Positions 51,886 to 62,911 are shown, counted from the stretch's first letter. The stretch is 64,000 bases of DNA from an uncultured Nitrospiraceae bacterium (GCA_963727775.1 CAVSHB010000004.1:256001-320000); one strand, 5' to 3'. Program-made: numbers and translations. Notes: a model not told the origin generated them from the letters alone.

Positions 51886-52692
51886 TTAATGTTTGTGGAA
51901 AAGATAATGGGAATGTATATGCTTGTGGGCGGTCTGCCCATGATAATGGACGTGCTCATGTATAAGGTTAACTTTCAGCAGCAAATCTTCATCTTTGAGA
52001 ATTTCTTCCGCGCTTCCTGTTTTTTCTATGCGGTGTTCTTCGGAAAGCACCGCTACACTTGACTGAAGCTCGTCGACTAAAGAAAGATCGTGCGTTGCGA
52101 TAACAATGGTCTTCCCGGCTTCATTTAATGCCAGAATCAGTTCCAGCAGAAAAACTTGCGTCTTAGGATCGAGGCCGCTCGTAGGCTCATCGAGCAACAG
52201 CATCTCCGGGTTCATCGTCAGGACAGAACCTATTGCCACCCTCTTCTTTTCACCGCCTGAGAGCATATAAGAGGGCCGGTCTTTGAGGTTCTCTATCTTG
52301 AGCATTTTCATGATTTCATTCGCCCTTTCAAACGCTTCATTCTTTTCCAACCCCAATTGCAGTGGACCGAAAAGCAGTTCGTCCAGAACAGTCGGACAGA
52401 ATAACTGGATATCAGAGTCCTGGAAAATAAAGCCGACCTTCGACCGGAAAAACCTTAAAAAATCTTTCTCTCTGAGGGATTTTTCTGACAATTCACGGCC
52501 GTGGAAAAAGATACTGCCCTTCGAAGGGAACAGCAATCCGCTCAATATCTGAAGCAGCGTTGATTTCCCGCTGCCGTTTGAACCTATGACTGCAAACTTT
52601 TCTCCCTGACCGATCTTCAGACTTATGTCAATTAGGGCCGGGAACTTATTGTAATAATTGTAGTTAACTCCTTCAACGCTGATGATTTCCAT
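51886..52692 (-). CDS. ECF Ni/Co transporter ATPase (NikO/CbiO)
   Basis: GSNGSGKS, LSGGEKKR, His-rich C-terminus. Confidence 0.9.
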   Translation of the reverse strand: MEIISVEGVNYNYYNKFPALIDISLKIGQGEKFAVIGSNGSGKSTLLQILSGLLFPSKGSIFFHGRELSEKSLREKDFLRFFRSKVGFIFQDSDIQLFCPTVLDELLFGPLQLGLEKNEAFERANEIMKMLKIENLKDRPSYMLSGGEKKRVAIGSVLTMNPEMLLLDEPTSGLDPKTQVFLLELILALNEAGKTIVIATHDLSLVDELQSSVAVLSEEHRIEKTGSAEEILKDEDLLLKVNLIHEHVHYHGQTAHKHIHSHYLFHKH

Positions 52693-52701
52693 AATCGTCC
52701 C

Positions 52702-53628
52702 CTAAATCCATAAGATTATTGATCCTAAACCGAAGAGAAAAAAACCGACTATCCAATCCCTTCCCGTGATTTTCCGGTAACGGTAAAGTTTAATCTCGCC
52801 GGAAAAGCCCCTGCCCGTCATCGCTTTAAAGACATCGTCACATTTCAACTGTGTTTTTTTAAAGATAAAAGCTATCCTTCCCGCGATCCATTCCCTTGCT
52901 TCTTCCCTGTTCACGGCCCCGACAAGCCTGCTCTTTTTCGCAAGATGCATGTCGGCAACAACGCGTGCAAAAATAAAAATATACTTATAGGTTAAAGAAA
53001 TGATCATAAGAAAAGCATCGGGGATTTTAAAGACCTTTAATGCCTTTATAATCTCGGCAAACGGCGTCGTATACAATATGAGAAATGATATGGCCAATGA
53101 ATTCAGGACCCTTAAAGTCAGCAGCGCAACAACCGAGAAACCTTCCATGGTAAAGCCTATTACCGAAGGGATATGATAATGCCAAAAATCATATGCCTTC
53201 GGCAATGTGATAATCGGGAAAACCACTTCCCCATGTGTTATAACATTCAGAGACGAAGGAAAGGAAATGAGGAAACCGAAAACAAATCCCAACAAGAAAA
53301 CTTTTTTGTAAAAAATAATGATGTTTACGCGGGACAATAATAGAAGAACAAATACGGCAAGAAAAATTCCTGATTCAGGCAATATCTCTTTTTTAAAACT
53401 GATTATTATAATGAGAAAAAGCCAGAAAATTACTTTAATCCTGGTATCCAACTCATGAAAAAAACCCTTTTTCGATGCCAGTTCCCACTGAATGTAGCTC
53501 TCCTTAATAACACCGGCAAACTTTTCGATGCCTTTATCGATATACGACGTCTTTAGCTTACCCCCTTCTTTGTTGTGAGGGAGTAAGAAATCGGTGCTTA
53601 GTAAAAAAGAAGGGATATCATTTTTCAT
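52702..53628 (-). CDS. ECF transmembrane component (NikQ/CbiQ)
   Basis: LD.RIK, AKKSR, AMTGRGF. Confidence 0.88.
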   Translation of the reverse strand: MKNDIPSFLLSTDFLLPHNKEGGKLKTSYIDKGIEKFAGVIKESYIQWELASKKGFFHELDTRIKVIFWLFLIIIISFKKEILPESGIFLAVFVLLLLSRVNIIIFYKKVFLLGFVFGFLISFPSSLNVITHGEVVFPIITLPKAYDFWHYHIPSVIGFTMEGFSVVALLTLRVLNSLAISFLILYTTPFAEIIKALKVFKIPDAFLMIISLTYKYIFIFARVVADMHLAKKSRLVGAVNREEAREWIAGRIAFIFKKTQLKCDDVFKAMTGRGFSGEIKLYRYRKITGRDWIVGFFLFGLGSIILWI

Positions 53629-53953
53629 GTTTAAACAAAAACTTTGTTATCGCATATATCAATACAGCAGCCACCGCGATCCCGATCATAGCGGATATAA
53701 TATATGAAAATACCTGCGTGCTGAAAGCTGCATTTTCTCCGCCGAAGTTATAATCAGATACCGGTGCTTTCCAGAATTCAGCAAACTTCTTGATTCCCGC
53801 CGGCACATACCCGAGAAGCTTTTCAAGTTCTTCCGTGCTCCACTCACCCCATGCCCCGCCTGCTTTGAATTTTGCGGGAAGATAAATACCGAGTGGAGTT
53901 AAAAAGGCCATTATAAGCAGCCCGATCCAGATTTTCTTCTGAAATCTTGACAT
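53618..53953 (-). CDS. NikN/PDGLE-type auxiliary membrane protein
   Basis: Two TMs with AWGEW loop, located between the M and Q genes. Confidence 0.75.
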   Translation of the reverse strand: MSRFQKKIWIGLLIMAFLTPLGIYLPAKFKAGGAWGEWSTEELEKLLGYVPAGIKKFAEFWKAPVSDYNFGGENAAFSTQVFSYIISAMIGIAVAAVLIYAITKFLFKHEK

Positions 53954-53954
53954 A

Positions 53955-54635
53955 TCAAGCCTCCTTCATCGCATATACTAAATCACTTTCATGTTTTACG
54001 AAATATTTCAGTATCATTGCAGTGACCAGACCTTCGATAAGCCCGAACACAAGCATATGCTCTAACGCCATTGCAGGAACAGCAATTGACAGCGGATAAG
54101 GGGCATATAAAGGTTTACCGTCGGGAGCAGATGCGATTATGGGTTGGATTCCAAATTCAAAGCCGGTCAACATAGCAGCAACTGAAAGGCCGACATATCC
54201 GGCAAGAAAAGCTGCCATGTAAAATCTTGCTCCACTATTTGTATCGCCTTTTATTAACTTAAATACCCAATAAGAAACAAAAGGCATTACCACTGCCATG
54301 TTAAAACAATTGGCGCCGATCGCAGTAATTCCCCCATCTCCGAAAACAACGGCCTGGATTATTAAAACAACCGATACCGCCAAAACCGCTGCCCATGGCC
54401 CCAACAAAATGGCAATAATACCACCACCGACCGCGTGGCCTGTAGTGCCTCCCGGAATAGGGATGTTAAACATCATGATGAGAAAAGAAAAAGCTGCCGC
54501 CATTGCAAGATACGGGACATATCTGGCGGAAAGCTCCTTTTTTAATTTTTTCAGGGCAATCGACCAGAAAACAAATGATATCCCATACAATGGGATAAAT
54601 GTTTGTGGACTCAAATAACCATCGGGTATGTGCAT
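53955..54635 (-). CDS. ECF S-component NikM/CbiM
   Basis: MHIPDG N-terminus (nickel-type signature), GTTGH, GDGG. Confidence 0.92.
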   Translation of the reverse strand: MHIPDGYLSPQTFIPLYGISFVFWSIALKKLKKELSARYVPYLAMAAAFSFLIMMFNIPIPGGTTGHAVGGGIIAILLGPWAAVLAVSVVLIIQAVVFGDGGITAIGANCFNMAVVMPFVSYWVFKLIKGDTNSGARFYMAAFLAGYVGLSVAAMLTGFEFGIQPIIASAPDGKPLYAPYPLSIAVPAMALEHMLVFGLIEGLVTAMILKYFVKHESDLVYAMKEA

Positions 54636-55448
54636 CTAAAACCTCCATGTAATGCCGGCGAGTAGAGAATAGTCAGCCTCAGGCTTTGATAGTCCACCCT
54701 TAATACCGAAATCTATATCAAAATTTTCGACCAGAGAATAAATTACACCGCATAGAATAAATGCGGCCGGTGTATTCAGATTTCCAGCGGTACCTGTCTC
54801 AGCGCCGATATCCCCCACTAAACTAAGACCTCTAACGACTTCGACCGACGAAGCAAAAGATGCATGCCACAGGTTCTTCTTTTCATCCACATTATTTTCA
54901 TTCCTGATATAGCCGAGATTGAGATGGAACGCCCACGGCTTTATCTCTTTTGTCCCGATAAAAAAGAAGTGATAGGTAAGCCTTCCGGAACCCAATCCCT
55001 TTTCCTCATCTCCGGTCGGAAAAGTTACACCGGGTTTCAAGGCAAAACTCAACCCATCCCTTTCATAAAAACGCCATTTCATTTCAAGTGACATATCCGA
55101 TGTCCCGTCTCCTTTTATCACTGTACCCGAATCCTCTATCCGTGCATGCTGATAAGGAAAACCGAGGATGATGTCTATAGGATCTGATATCCCATAAGAA
55201 AGCGTTGCCGCTATCTCGGTAATCTTGTTAGTGACCCCATCATCATCTTTATCATGGCCATAGCCTCCATTTACTTCCAACTGGAACTTACCCTTGCCCT
55301 GCGTCCCGGCGTCATCTGTAATGAGAGGATGGGCTGCATATGAGATTCCTGCAAAAAGAAAGATTGATACAAACATCGAGGATAAGAAAAAAGGATACTT
55401 ACCAAAACCGCGAAACTTCAAACCTGCTGCTGAACTTTGGAAATTCAT
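54636..55448 (-). CDS. Putative outer-membrane beta-barrel transporter
   Basis: Signal peptide, HPLITDDAGT, amphipathic strands, terminal Phe (ITWRF). Confidence 0.7.
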   Translation of the reverse strand: MNFQSSAAGLKFRGFGKYPFFLSSMFVSIFLFAGISYAAHPLITDDAGTQGKGKFQLEVNGGYGHDKDDDGVTNKITEIAATLSYGISDPIDIILGFPYQHARIEDSGTVIKGDGTSDMSLEMKWRFYERDGLSFALKPGVTFPTGDEEKGLGSGRLTYHFFFIGTKEIKPWAFHLNLGYIRNENNVDEKKNLWHASFASSVEVVRGLSLVGDIGAETGTAGNLNTPAAFILCGVIYSLVENFDIDFGIKGGLSKPEADYSLLAGITWRF

Positions 55449-55461
55449 TTAGGTCCTTCCC

Positions 55462-55570
55462 CGCGGCAATAAAAAAAGCCGCGAAAGCTTTTTTGACCTT
55501 CTGGCCATTCTTGAAGCCTTCGTGGCTCGCTACTCAATTAACCATAGCAGAAACCTTTAAATTATGTCAA
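55462..55570 (-). promoter_or_regulatory. Sigma-70 promoter plus leader terminator/attenuator of the Ni/Co operon
   Basis: TTGACA(55570-65)-N18-TATGGT(55546-41); 14-bp stem 55527-55477 followed by a U-tract, about 20 nt before the ATG. Confidence 0.65.
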
Positions 55571-55714
55571 TCCTTTGTCAAGCTTTTTATGGATAGACTC
55601 CCCGGCGCCAGGGTCACAAATGTTTCAAAATCAACGCTAAATAGATTAAAATAAACCAACATAAGTGTGCTGTTATAGTTATCGGTTTATAACATTTAAA
55701 AAACGGAGGAAAAA

Positions 55715-55912
55715 ATGTTTGGGACTCAGGACATAATTCTTATCGGGATAATCGTTGTTGTATTGTTCGGCGCCACAAAGCTTCCTCAACTCGGCAGCGG
55801 CGTAGGACAGGCCATCAGAAACTTTAAGAAAGGCATGTCCGAACTTAACGAAACAGAGACATCCAAGAAAAGTATGCCTAAAAACGAAGAGGAGACAAAC
55901 AAGGAAAAATAA
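55715..55912 (+). CDS. tatA: Twin-arginine translocase TatA/E (second copy)
   Basis: First 44 aa nearly identical to 40703..40885. Confidence 0.92.
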   Translation: MFGTQDIILIGIIVVVLFGATKLPQLGSGVGQAIRNFKKGMSELNETETSKKSMPKNEEETNKEK

Positions 55913-56023
55913 GAGCAGGCATTCAAAATACAGGCTTGTTTTTTCTATCCATCATTTCGACAATAACAGTTGATCGTTAACTAATTTCAGAGAACGCAGG
56001 ATATAGGAGGAACAACAACAGAG

Positions 56024-56980
56024 ATGCGGAATTTCATTCTAAGTTTTCAGAGCAGGGTATGGATATTTCCGGCACTGGCACTAATAACGATAATAATCGG
56101 TCAGATATGCAAGACAAGCTGCGCGTTCCTGCACGGCGATATCCTTGGCCTCGACCTGGAGACCTTCGGAATAATTTTCTATTCCATGCTTTTCCTGTCC
56201 GCCCTTTTTTATAAAAGAATATATCCGAGAGACTGGATAATGAGGGGGATAGCCGCCATAGTATCGATGGGAGTTGGGGCTGAGTTCATATTTATAAAAT
56301 TCCAGGTCCAGAACAATACTTATTGCCCGAAATGTCTTATTTCAGGCTTCTTTTTCTTAACAATGTTTTTTTTAGTCGCCCGGTTCCTTAAAAAATGGGT
56401 CATCATCCTCCTGATACTTTTCGGCGCTGTCTTTACTTCATTTGCCTTCAACGGCTCCATCGTCCCGTCATATGCAAAAGAAGCCCAATATCCAGGCTTC
56501 GGCAACGAGAAATCTCAAATCGAAATCATCGTTTATTCGGATTATCTGTGCCCTGCCTGCAGGAAAGCGGATGAAAAGATAAATAACGCCGTAAGAAAAT
56601 TGAAGAATGTCGCAAAAATCCGTTTTGTGGATGTACCGATCCATGCCGGTTCTCTCGAATATTCCGAAGTATTTCTCTATACATGGTTTGAATCCGGGAA
56701 CAACCTTGAAACGGCAATTAAGGTCAGGGAAATCTTATTTCAGGCCGCCGCCGCAAAAACCGACCAGAACGGTACCCTGAATATACTGAAATCAAAAGGA
56801 GTTCCGTTCAAAGTTGACAAGGAAGGCGCAATAGAAATTTTCCGCAATTATTATAATCCGTTAATGAAAGGGGACAAGATCAACTCCACCCCTTCTGTGG
56901 TTATTGTAAAGGACAAGAACAGGAAAACCTATACCGGCGGGACAGATATTTTAAAAGCCCTGAATGAAATTTCATCGTAA
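56024..56980 (+). CDS. Membrane VKOR-like domain fused to DsbA/thioredoxin domain
   Basis: TM region with C..SC and YCPKC; periplasmic CPAC and STP (cis-Pro). Confidence 0.7.
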   Translation: MRNFILSFQSRVWIFPALALITIIIGQICKTSCAFLHGDILGLDLETFGIIFYSMLFLSALFYKRIYPRDWIMRGIAAIVSMGVGAEFIFIKFQVQNNTYCPKCLISGFFFLTMFFLVARFLKKWVIILLILFGAVFTSFAFNGSIVPSYAKEAQYPGFGNEKSQIEIIVYSDYLCPACRKADEKINNAVRKLKNVAKIRFVDVPIHAGSLEYSEVFLYTWFESGNNLETAIKVREILFQAAAAKTDQNGTLNILKSKGVPFKVDKEGAIEIFRNYYNPLMKGDKINSTPSVVIVKDKNRKTYTGGTDILKALNEISS

Positions 56981-59041
56981 CTCTCCGCCCGTCTTATGAA
57001 TGATATGACTCACGAGAGAGGCGTGAAGCTCTTCAACTTCATCGTCTCTGAGAGTCCTTTCCTTTGATCTGAATATGATATTAAACGCAAGGCTCTTCTT
57101 ACCGGAAGGGATGGCGCCTCCCTTGTAAGAATCAAAAACTGAAACATCCCCGATGAGTTCTGTCGGAAACTCCCTGATTATCTCCATAATCCTTGCAGAA
57201 GGGATAGTCTCATCAACCACAATAGCGACATCTCGCTCGACCGAAGGATATTTGGTAATCTGCGTGTACTGTAGCGAAGATGGGATATGACTAAAAAGCA
57301 AATCGAGATTCAGCTCGAAAAGAACAACTTCCGGCTTCTGCTTTTTCAAGTCAAGTTTTTCGATGATATCCGGGCCCATGACCCCGAGATACCCAGCGTA
57401 GATGTTTTCAATATAAATATCAGACGCCTTTCCCATATGCAGAAACGGTTCTGAAGACTGCGAGAACGAATAGTCACGGATCTTAAGCTCATCGAACATT
57501 GATTCCAGAGTTCCTTTAGCCATGAAAAACCCCTCCGCATCTTCTTTCCAGAGAGAAGGATATTTGTCTTTATAATATATTCCTCCAAGTCTAAGTTCTT
57601 CCAGCGGCAGAGTCTCGCCGGCGACCTGGAATATCTTCGATATCTCAAAAAAACGTATGTCCTTACCTCCTCTGTCCATATTGAATTGCAGGTTAGCGAT
57701 CAACGAAGGAATCAGTGTCGTTCTCAATAAAGACCCCTCCTGACTGAGGGGGTTATTTATTGTAATTACTCTCCTCCGTCTGTCGTTCTCCGGAATTGAA
57801 ATCAGATCGAGATTTGATTTACCGATGAAGCTGTAATTAATTACTTCTGTAAAACCGGCCTTCCGCATAGCATCACGAATCCTGCTGATAAGTGCGTTTT
57901 TATTATTCAAGCGGCCCGAAGCAAGTGGACTTCTCGGAATCGTTACAGGGATGCCGTTGTATCCGTAAATCCTTGCTATCTCTTCAGCTACATCACTTTC
58001 CCTCATGATGTCACGCCTGTGGGCCGGTGGGAATACAATAAAAACATCTCCCTTTGCTTCCGCCCGGATACCGAGCCGCTCCAGGATATCAAGCATATTC
58101 CCATTAGAAAGGTTTATCCCTAAAACTTTATTTATCTTTTCATATCTTACCCGGACAGGTTCGGGCATATACCGAACAGGATAGATGTCGATTATTTCAT
58201 GGACTGTCCCTCCGGCAATTTCACTTATCAAGAGCGCAGCCCTATTGAGCGCATTTTCCAACAACTCTATATCAGTGCCCCTCTCAAATCTGTATGACGA
58301 TTCGCTCGTAAGATTCAATATCTTCGATGTCCTCCTGATTGAAGAAGGCTCGAAATAAGCGCTCTCAAGGAAAATATTCCTTGTCTTCTCGGAAACCTCC
58401 GTTTCCGCACCGCCCATCACACCTGCAACCGCTATAGGTTTTTTCGAATCCCATATCAAAAGCGAGTCCTCTGCCACCTCACGCTGTGCGCCGTCGAGGG
58501 TCCTCATTTTAGCAGGCTCTCCATTTCCTGTTATAGTTCTTGGCGTGCCGACTATTATTTTTTTACCGCTGATTGTGTCGGCGTCAAAAGCGTGCAGTGG
58601 ATGGCCAAACTCTAAAAGGACATAGTTGGTAATATCAACGATATTGTTTATAGACCGAATACCGCATTTTTCAAGCCTCGCCTTTATCCACTCAGGTGAA
58701 TCCCCGACCCTGACGCTTTTAATCAGCCTTCCGGCATATCTGCAGCAGAGATCAGGGTCCCGGATCTCAATGAAAAATTCGGAAATATGTTGTTCTTCTG
58801 TGATGTGGTGCGGCGGAATTTTCATCGGTGCTTTAAAGGCCGCAGACAATTCCCTTGCAATTCCGATCATGCTGAGGCAATCAGGCCTGTTCGGGGTCAC
58901 GTTCACTTCGAAAACAATATCGTCTTTAATTTCCTCTGCGCCCTCCACTTCGAGCCCTATCATAGTTAGCTTTTCAGCCATTGCTGCAGGTGCAGCATGG
59001 ATGTTTAACAGTTCTTTTATCCATTCGTACGGTACGCGCAT
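56972..59041 (-). CDS. pheT: Phenylalanyl-tRNA synthetase beta subunit (lacks B2 domain)
   Basis: TPNRPDCLS, SSYRFERG, EEIARIYGY, C-terminal FDX-ACB. Start MRVPYEWI at 59041. Confidence 0.95.
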   Translation of the reverse strand: MRVPYEWIKELLNIHAAPAAMAEKLTMIGLEVEGAEEIKDDIVFEVNVTPNRPDCLSMIGIARELSAAFKAPMKIPPHHITEEQHISEFFIEIRDPDLCCRYAGRLIKSVRVGDSPEWIKARLEKCGIRSINNIVDITNYVLLEFGHPLHAFDADTISGKKIIVGTPRTITGNGEPAKMRTLDGAQREVAEDSLLIWDSKKPIAVAGVMGGAETEVSEKTRNIFLESAYFEPSSIRRTSKILNLTSESSYRFERGTDIELLENALNRAALLISEIAGGTVHEIIDIYPVRYMPEPVRVRYEKINKVLGINLSNGNMLDILERLGIRAEAKGDVFIVFPPAHRRDIMRESDVAEEIARIYGYNGIPVTIPRSPLASGRLNNKNALISRIRDAMRKAGFTEVINYSFIGKSNLDLISIPENDRRRRVITINNPLSQEGSLLRTTLIPSLIANLQFNMDRGGKDIRFFEISKIFQVAGETLPLEELRLGGIYYKDKYPSLWKEDAEGFFMAKGTLESMFDELKIRDYSFSQSSEPFLHMGKASDIYIENIYAGYLGVMGPDIIEKLDLKKQKPEVVLFELNLDLLFSHIPSSLQYTQITKYPSVERDVAIVVDETIPSARIMEIIREFPTELIGDVSVFDSYKGGAIPSGKKSLAFNIIFRSKERTLRDDEVEELHASLVSHIIHKTGGELR

Positions 59042-59132
59042 GGTGTGTATTATAGCCCCGCCGGACAAGGAATGACAAGCTTGATTTCCGCTCGTTCCTG
59101 CAGAAGAATATTTGTTATAATTTAATTAATGG

Positions 59133-61145
59133 TTGTGTCGCAAATTGCATAGAATGAATGACCTCAAGAAAACAAAAGAGCAGCTTTTGCTCGAATTGGC
59201 TGAATTGCGTAAAAGGATTTCCGGGCTGGTAATATCGGAAGTTGAATACGGACACGCACGGGAAGCATTGCGGCAATCCGAGAAAAGATTCAAAACCCTT
59301 TTTGATAACGTTGGCGCTGCCGTATTTATACATGATATTGAAGGGCGCTTTCTTGAGTGTAACCGGTTTTTTTGTGAGCGTTTCGGTTACAGCCTGGAAG
59401 AATTATTGAAGATGACGCTTAAGGATATAAACACGCCCAGGAATATTGCTCTTATGCCTGAAAGATTAAAGATGCTGCTTCAGCAGAGGCATATCGTTTT
59501 CGAGTCTGCATATGTAAGGAAAGACGGCGCAACCATTCCGGTTGAGGTGAATAACCGTCTTGTCGATTTTTCCGGTAACCACGTTGTGCTGAGCAGCGCG
59601 CGTGACATAACCAGACGCAAGCGCGCCGAGCAGATAATGAAAGAAAGTGAAGCACGCTACAGGAACCTCTTCGAAAATGCTCACGATATGATCCAGAGTA
59701 TTTCGCCGGACGGTCATTTCATATACGTGAACCCGGCATGGTTAAAAACGATGGGGTATATATGGGAAGAACTTCAGGAACTCACTATCTTTGACGTCCT
59801 TCACCCCGGCTTCAGCTCCCACTGCACTGAACTTTTTCAAAAGGCGATGTCGGGAGAATCTTTAGATAATATAGAAGTTGTATTCCTGTCAAAAGACGGC
59901 AGGCAGATCAATATCGAAGGGAATGTGAGCACAAGGATAATAGACGGGAAACCCGTCGCCTGTTATGGTATATTCCGCGATATGACGGAGCACAAGCGCC
60001 TTGAAGAACAACTCTTCCAAGCACAGAAGATGGAGGCGGTCGGCCAGCTTGCCGGCGGTATAGCGCACGACTTCAACAATCTGCTGACTGCAATCATAGG
60101 CTATGGAAGTCTTCTGAAAACCGAGGTGAGTAAAGACACACTTTTGAATTCATACATCACTCAGATATTGAATGCGGGAGAAAGGGCCGCGCTTCTTACC
60201 AATGACCTGCTCACTTTCAGCAGAAAACAGATCATCAACCCCAAGCCCGTTAATCTGAATGAGATCATTAGGGAGGTAAGGACCCTGATATCCAGGATTA
60301 TCGGTGAAGATATAGAAATTTCGACTGCTCTCACCGATAAGGACTTAATGATTATGGCAGACTCGCCGCAGATAGAACAGGTCTTAATGAACCTTGTTGC
60401 AAACGCAAGGGACGCTATGCCCGACGGCGGAAATGTAGTCATCGGCACCGATGTTATAGAATTGGACAGTGAGTTCATAAAAGCACATGGATACGGCAGG
60501 CCTGGTTCGTATGCCGTTCTTTCGTTTGAGGATTCAGGAACGGGAATGGATGAAAAAACCAGGGAAAGGATATTCGAACCTTTCTTCACCACCAAGGCGG
60601 TCGGCAAAGGCACAGGTCTCGGGCTTTCAATGGTATACGGCATAGTCAAGCAGCACGGCGGTTATATCAATGTATACAGCGAGTCCGGCAGGGGCACCAC
60701 ATTCAGGGTCTATCTGCCCGTAATCGCAAAAAAAGCGGAAGAAGCAAAGCACGGGGACTTCTCCAGCATGCCCACCGGCCATGAGACCATCTTGTTAGGC
60801 GAGGACGATACACAGGCAAGAAACCTCATGAAAGACGTGCTGCTGAAAGCCGGATATGAGATTATGGAGGCAGTCGATGGAGATGATTCACTCAGGGTCT
60901 ATCATGAGCACAAGGACAGGATACAGCTTCTGATTCTCGACGTCATCATGCCTAAGAAAAACGGCAAGGAAGTATATGACGAGATATGCATGAATACACC
61001 CGGGATCAAGACCATATTTGTCAGCGGGTACAGTGCGGATATAATCCACAAGAAAAGGATACTGGAAGAAGGCTTGCACTTTATCTCCAAACCCGTTTCG
61101 CCGGGAGAGCTTTTGACAAAAATAAGAGAAGTGCTTGATCAATAA
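59133..61145 (+). CDS. PAS-PAS hybrid histidine kinase/receiver (CckA-like architecture)
   Basis: Two PAS domains, [24 protein letters not shown], receiver LDVIMP. Confidence 0.92.
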   Translation: MCRKLHRMNDLKKTKEQLLLELAELRKRISGLVISEVEYGHAREALRQSEKRFKTLFDNVGAAVFIHDIEGRFLECNRFFCERFGYSLEELLKMTLKDINTPRNIALMPERLKMLLQQRHIVFESAYVRKDGATIPVEVNNRLVDFSGNHVVLSSARDITRRKRAEQIMKESEARYRNLFENAHDMIQSISPDGHFIYVNPAWLKTMGYIWEELQELTIFDVLHPGFSSHCTELFQKAMSGESLDNIEVVFLSKDGRQINIEGNVSTRIIDGKPVACYGIFRDMTEHKRLEEQLFQAQKMEAVGQLAGGIAHDFNNLLTAIIGYGSLLKTEVSKDTLLNSYITQILNAGERAALLTNDLLTFSRKQIINPKPVNLNEIIREVRTLISRIIGEDIEISTALTDKDLMIMADSPQIEQVLMNLVANARDAMPDGGNVVIGTDVIELDSEFIKAHGYGRPGSYAVLSFEDSGTGMDEKTRERIFEPFFTTKAVGKGTGLGLSMVYGIVKQHGGYINVYSESGRGTTFRVYLPVIAKKAEEAKHGDFSSMPTGHETILLGEDDTQARNLMKDVLLKAGYEIMEAVDGDDSLRVYHEHKDRIQLLILDVIMPKKNGKEVYDEICMNTPGIKTIFVSGYSADIIHKKRILEEGLHFISKPVSPGELLTKIREVLDQ

Positions 61146-61164
61146 AAATATCTATTGAATAGCG

Positions 61165-62178
61165 TCAGAATTGTCTCAGAAAACGCATATCATTTTCGAA
61201 GAACAGCCTTATATCATCTATCGAATATTTAAGCATGGTTATTCGCTCAACTCCCATCCCGAATGCGAATCCCGAATAGATCTCGGGATCATATCCAACC
61301 ATTTCAAATACCCGGGGATTTATCATTCCGGCGCCCAATATTTCAAGCCATCCGGTGTTCTTGCATACCCGGCATCCCTTGCCGGAACAGAATATGCAGC
61401 CTATATCAACCTCGGCGCTCGGTTCAGTGAAAGGGAAAAAACTCGGCCTGAATCTTACGGGAGTTTCGGAGCTGAAAATGCTGTGGATAAATAACTCCAG
61501 CACTCCTTTCAGGTCGCTGAAGCATATATCCGTATCGACCATGAACCCTTCTACCTGATGAAACATGGGGGTGTGGGACACATCAGCATCGCACCGGTAA
61601 ACCTTTCCCGGCGCGATGATCTTCAAAGGGGGCCTTCTTTGTTCCATAACTCTTATCTGGACGGGCGAGGTATGGGTCCTCATCACAACATCTTCCGAGA
61701 TATAGAATGTATCCTGCATGTCTCTTGCAGGATGGTTTTTAGGCATGTTTAACGCTTCAAAATTATAATAGTCGAGCTCCACCTCGGGGCCCTCTTCAAT
61801 CTCAAATCCCATGGAGATAAAGATACGCGTAATTTCTGAAAGTGCTTTATTAATAGGATGTTCCCTGCCGAAAGGTGTAAATTTTCCGGGCAGGGTTATA
61901 TCTATGGCCTCCGCCAGGACGCGTTTCTTATGTTCTTCCCTCGTCAGCAACGCTTCCGTATGGTCGATCATTTCTTCGATATGCCTTTTGACTTCGTTTA
62001 TTTCCTTACCGTAGGCAGGTCTCAGATCAGGAGGGATTGAGGAAAGGGCCTTGAGCTTTGAAGTGACAAGACCCTTTTTTCCTAAGTATTTTACTTTCAG
62101 TTGTTGAAGTTCAGGCGGGGAGTTTGCTTCTCGTAATTCATTCTTAAATGAATCTTTTAGAGAAAGGATGTCCTCCAC
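61165..62178 (-). CDS. pheS: Phenylalanyl-tRNA synthetase alpha subunit
   Basis: [32 protein letters not shown]. Confidence 0.97.
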   Translation of the reverse strand: MEDILSLKDSFKNELREANSPPELQQLKVKYLGKKGLVTSKLKALSSIPPDLRPAYGKEINEVKRHIEEMIDHTEALLTREEHKKRVLAEAIDITLPGKFTPFGREHPINKALSEITRIFISMGFEIEEGPEVELDYYNFEALNMPKNHPARDMQDTFYISEDVVMRTHTSPVQIRVMEQRRPPLKIIAPGKVYRCDADVSHTPMFHQVEGFMVDTDICFSDLKGVLELFIHSIFSSETPVRFRPSFFPFTEPSAEVDIGCIFCSGKGCRVCKNTGWLEILGAGMINPRVFEMVGYDPEIYSGFAFGMGVERITMLKYSIDDIRLFFENDMRFLRQF

Positions 62179-62185
62179 TTCTTGC

Positions 62186-62533
62186 TTAGCTTCTTACTTT
62201 TTCCACAAGCTGGTTGAACGCGGACGGGTCATTGTAAGCCATGTCGGCCAAAGACTTCCTGTTCAATGCAATGTTCGCTTTCTTCAATCCCGATATGAAT
62301 TGGCTGTAAGTCAGTCCGAAAGAGCGAACAGCAGCGTTAATCCTTATGTTCCACAGTGCCCTGAACTCGCGCTTTTTGTTTTTCCGGTCCCTGTATGCGT
62401 ATTGCATAGCTTTATCGACCGCTTCAGTTGCAATCCTGTAAAGACGGCTTTTGGCGCCATAATAGCCTTTAGCCTTATCTAATATCTTTTTTCTTCTTCT
62501 TCTTGTTTTAAATCCACCCTTTGCCCTTGGCAT
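62186..62533 (-). CDS. rplT: 50S ribosomal protein L20
   Basis: [16 protein letters not shown]. Confidence 0.97.
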   Translation of the reverse strand: MPRAKGGFKTRRRRKKILDKAKGYYGAKSRLYRIATEAVDKAMQYAYRDRKNKKREFRALWNIRINAAVRSFGLTYSQFISGLKKANIALNRKSLADMAYNDPSAFNQLVEKVRS

Positions 62534-62575
62534 CTATTCCTCCTAACTCTCACAACTTTTTAGCTCTCAGCTTTT

Positions 62576-62773
62576 TTATAAATACGGTAAAAGCCTTTTT
62601 ATATTAGCATATTCGCTATCGGAAACTAAAGAAGCTTTTCTCAGGCTTCTCGTTCTTTTGGCCGGCTTACCCGTGAGAAGATGGCTCTTATAACCGCTCC
62701 ACCTTTTTATCTTCCCGGTACCGGTAATCTTAAATCTCTTCGCAGCCCCTCTATGGGTTTTAAGCTTCGGCAT
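62576..62773 (-). CDS. rpmI: 50S ribosomal protein L35
   Basis: [25 protein letters not shown]. Confidence 0.96.
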   Translation of the reverse strand: MPKLKTHRGAAKRFKITGTGKIKRWSGYKSHLLTGKPAKRTRSLRKASLVSDSEYANIKRLLPYL

Positions 62774-62911
62774 CTTGTCCTCCTTAACCTTAGTAATCAA
62801 AATTGCGGCATCTAATATCAGACTAACTACGAAATCAAGCTTTGTATTATAACCGATTATAAAAAAAATTACCCGGAATTTATTTGGAAATTTATATTCG
62901 AATTTAGATTT

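Noticed and set aside
55449..55700. Cobalamin riboswitch upstream of the cbiM/nikM operon
   Set aside because: The leader is too short and lacks a recognisable B12-box; reported instead as an unknown attenuator.
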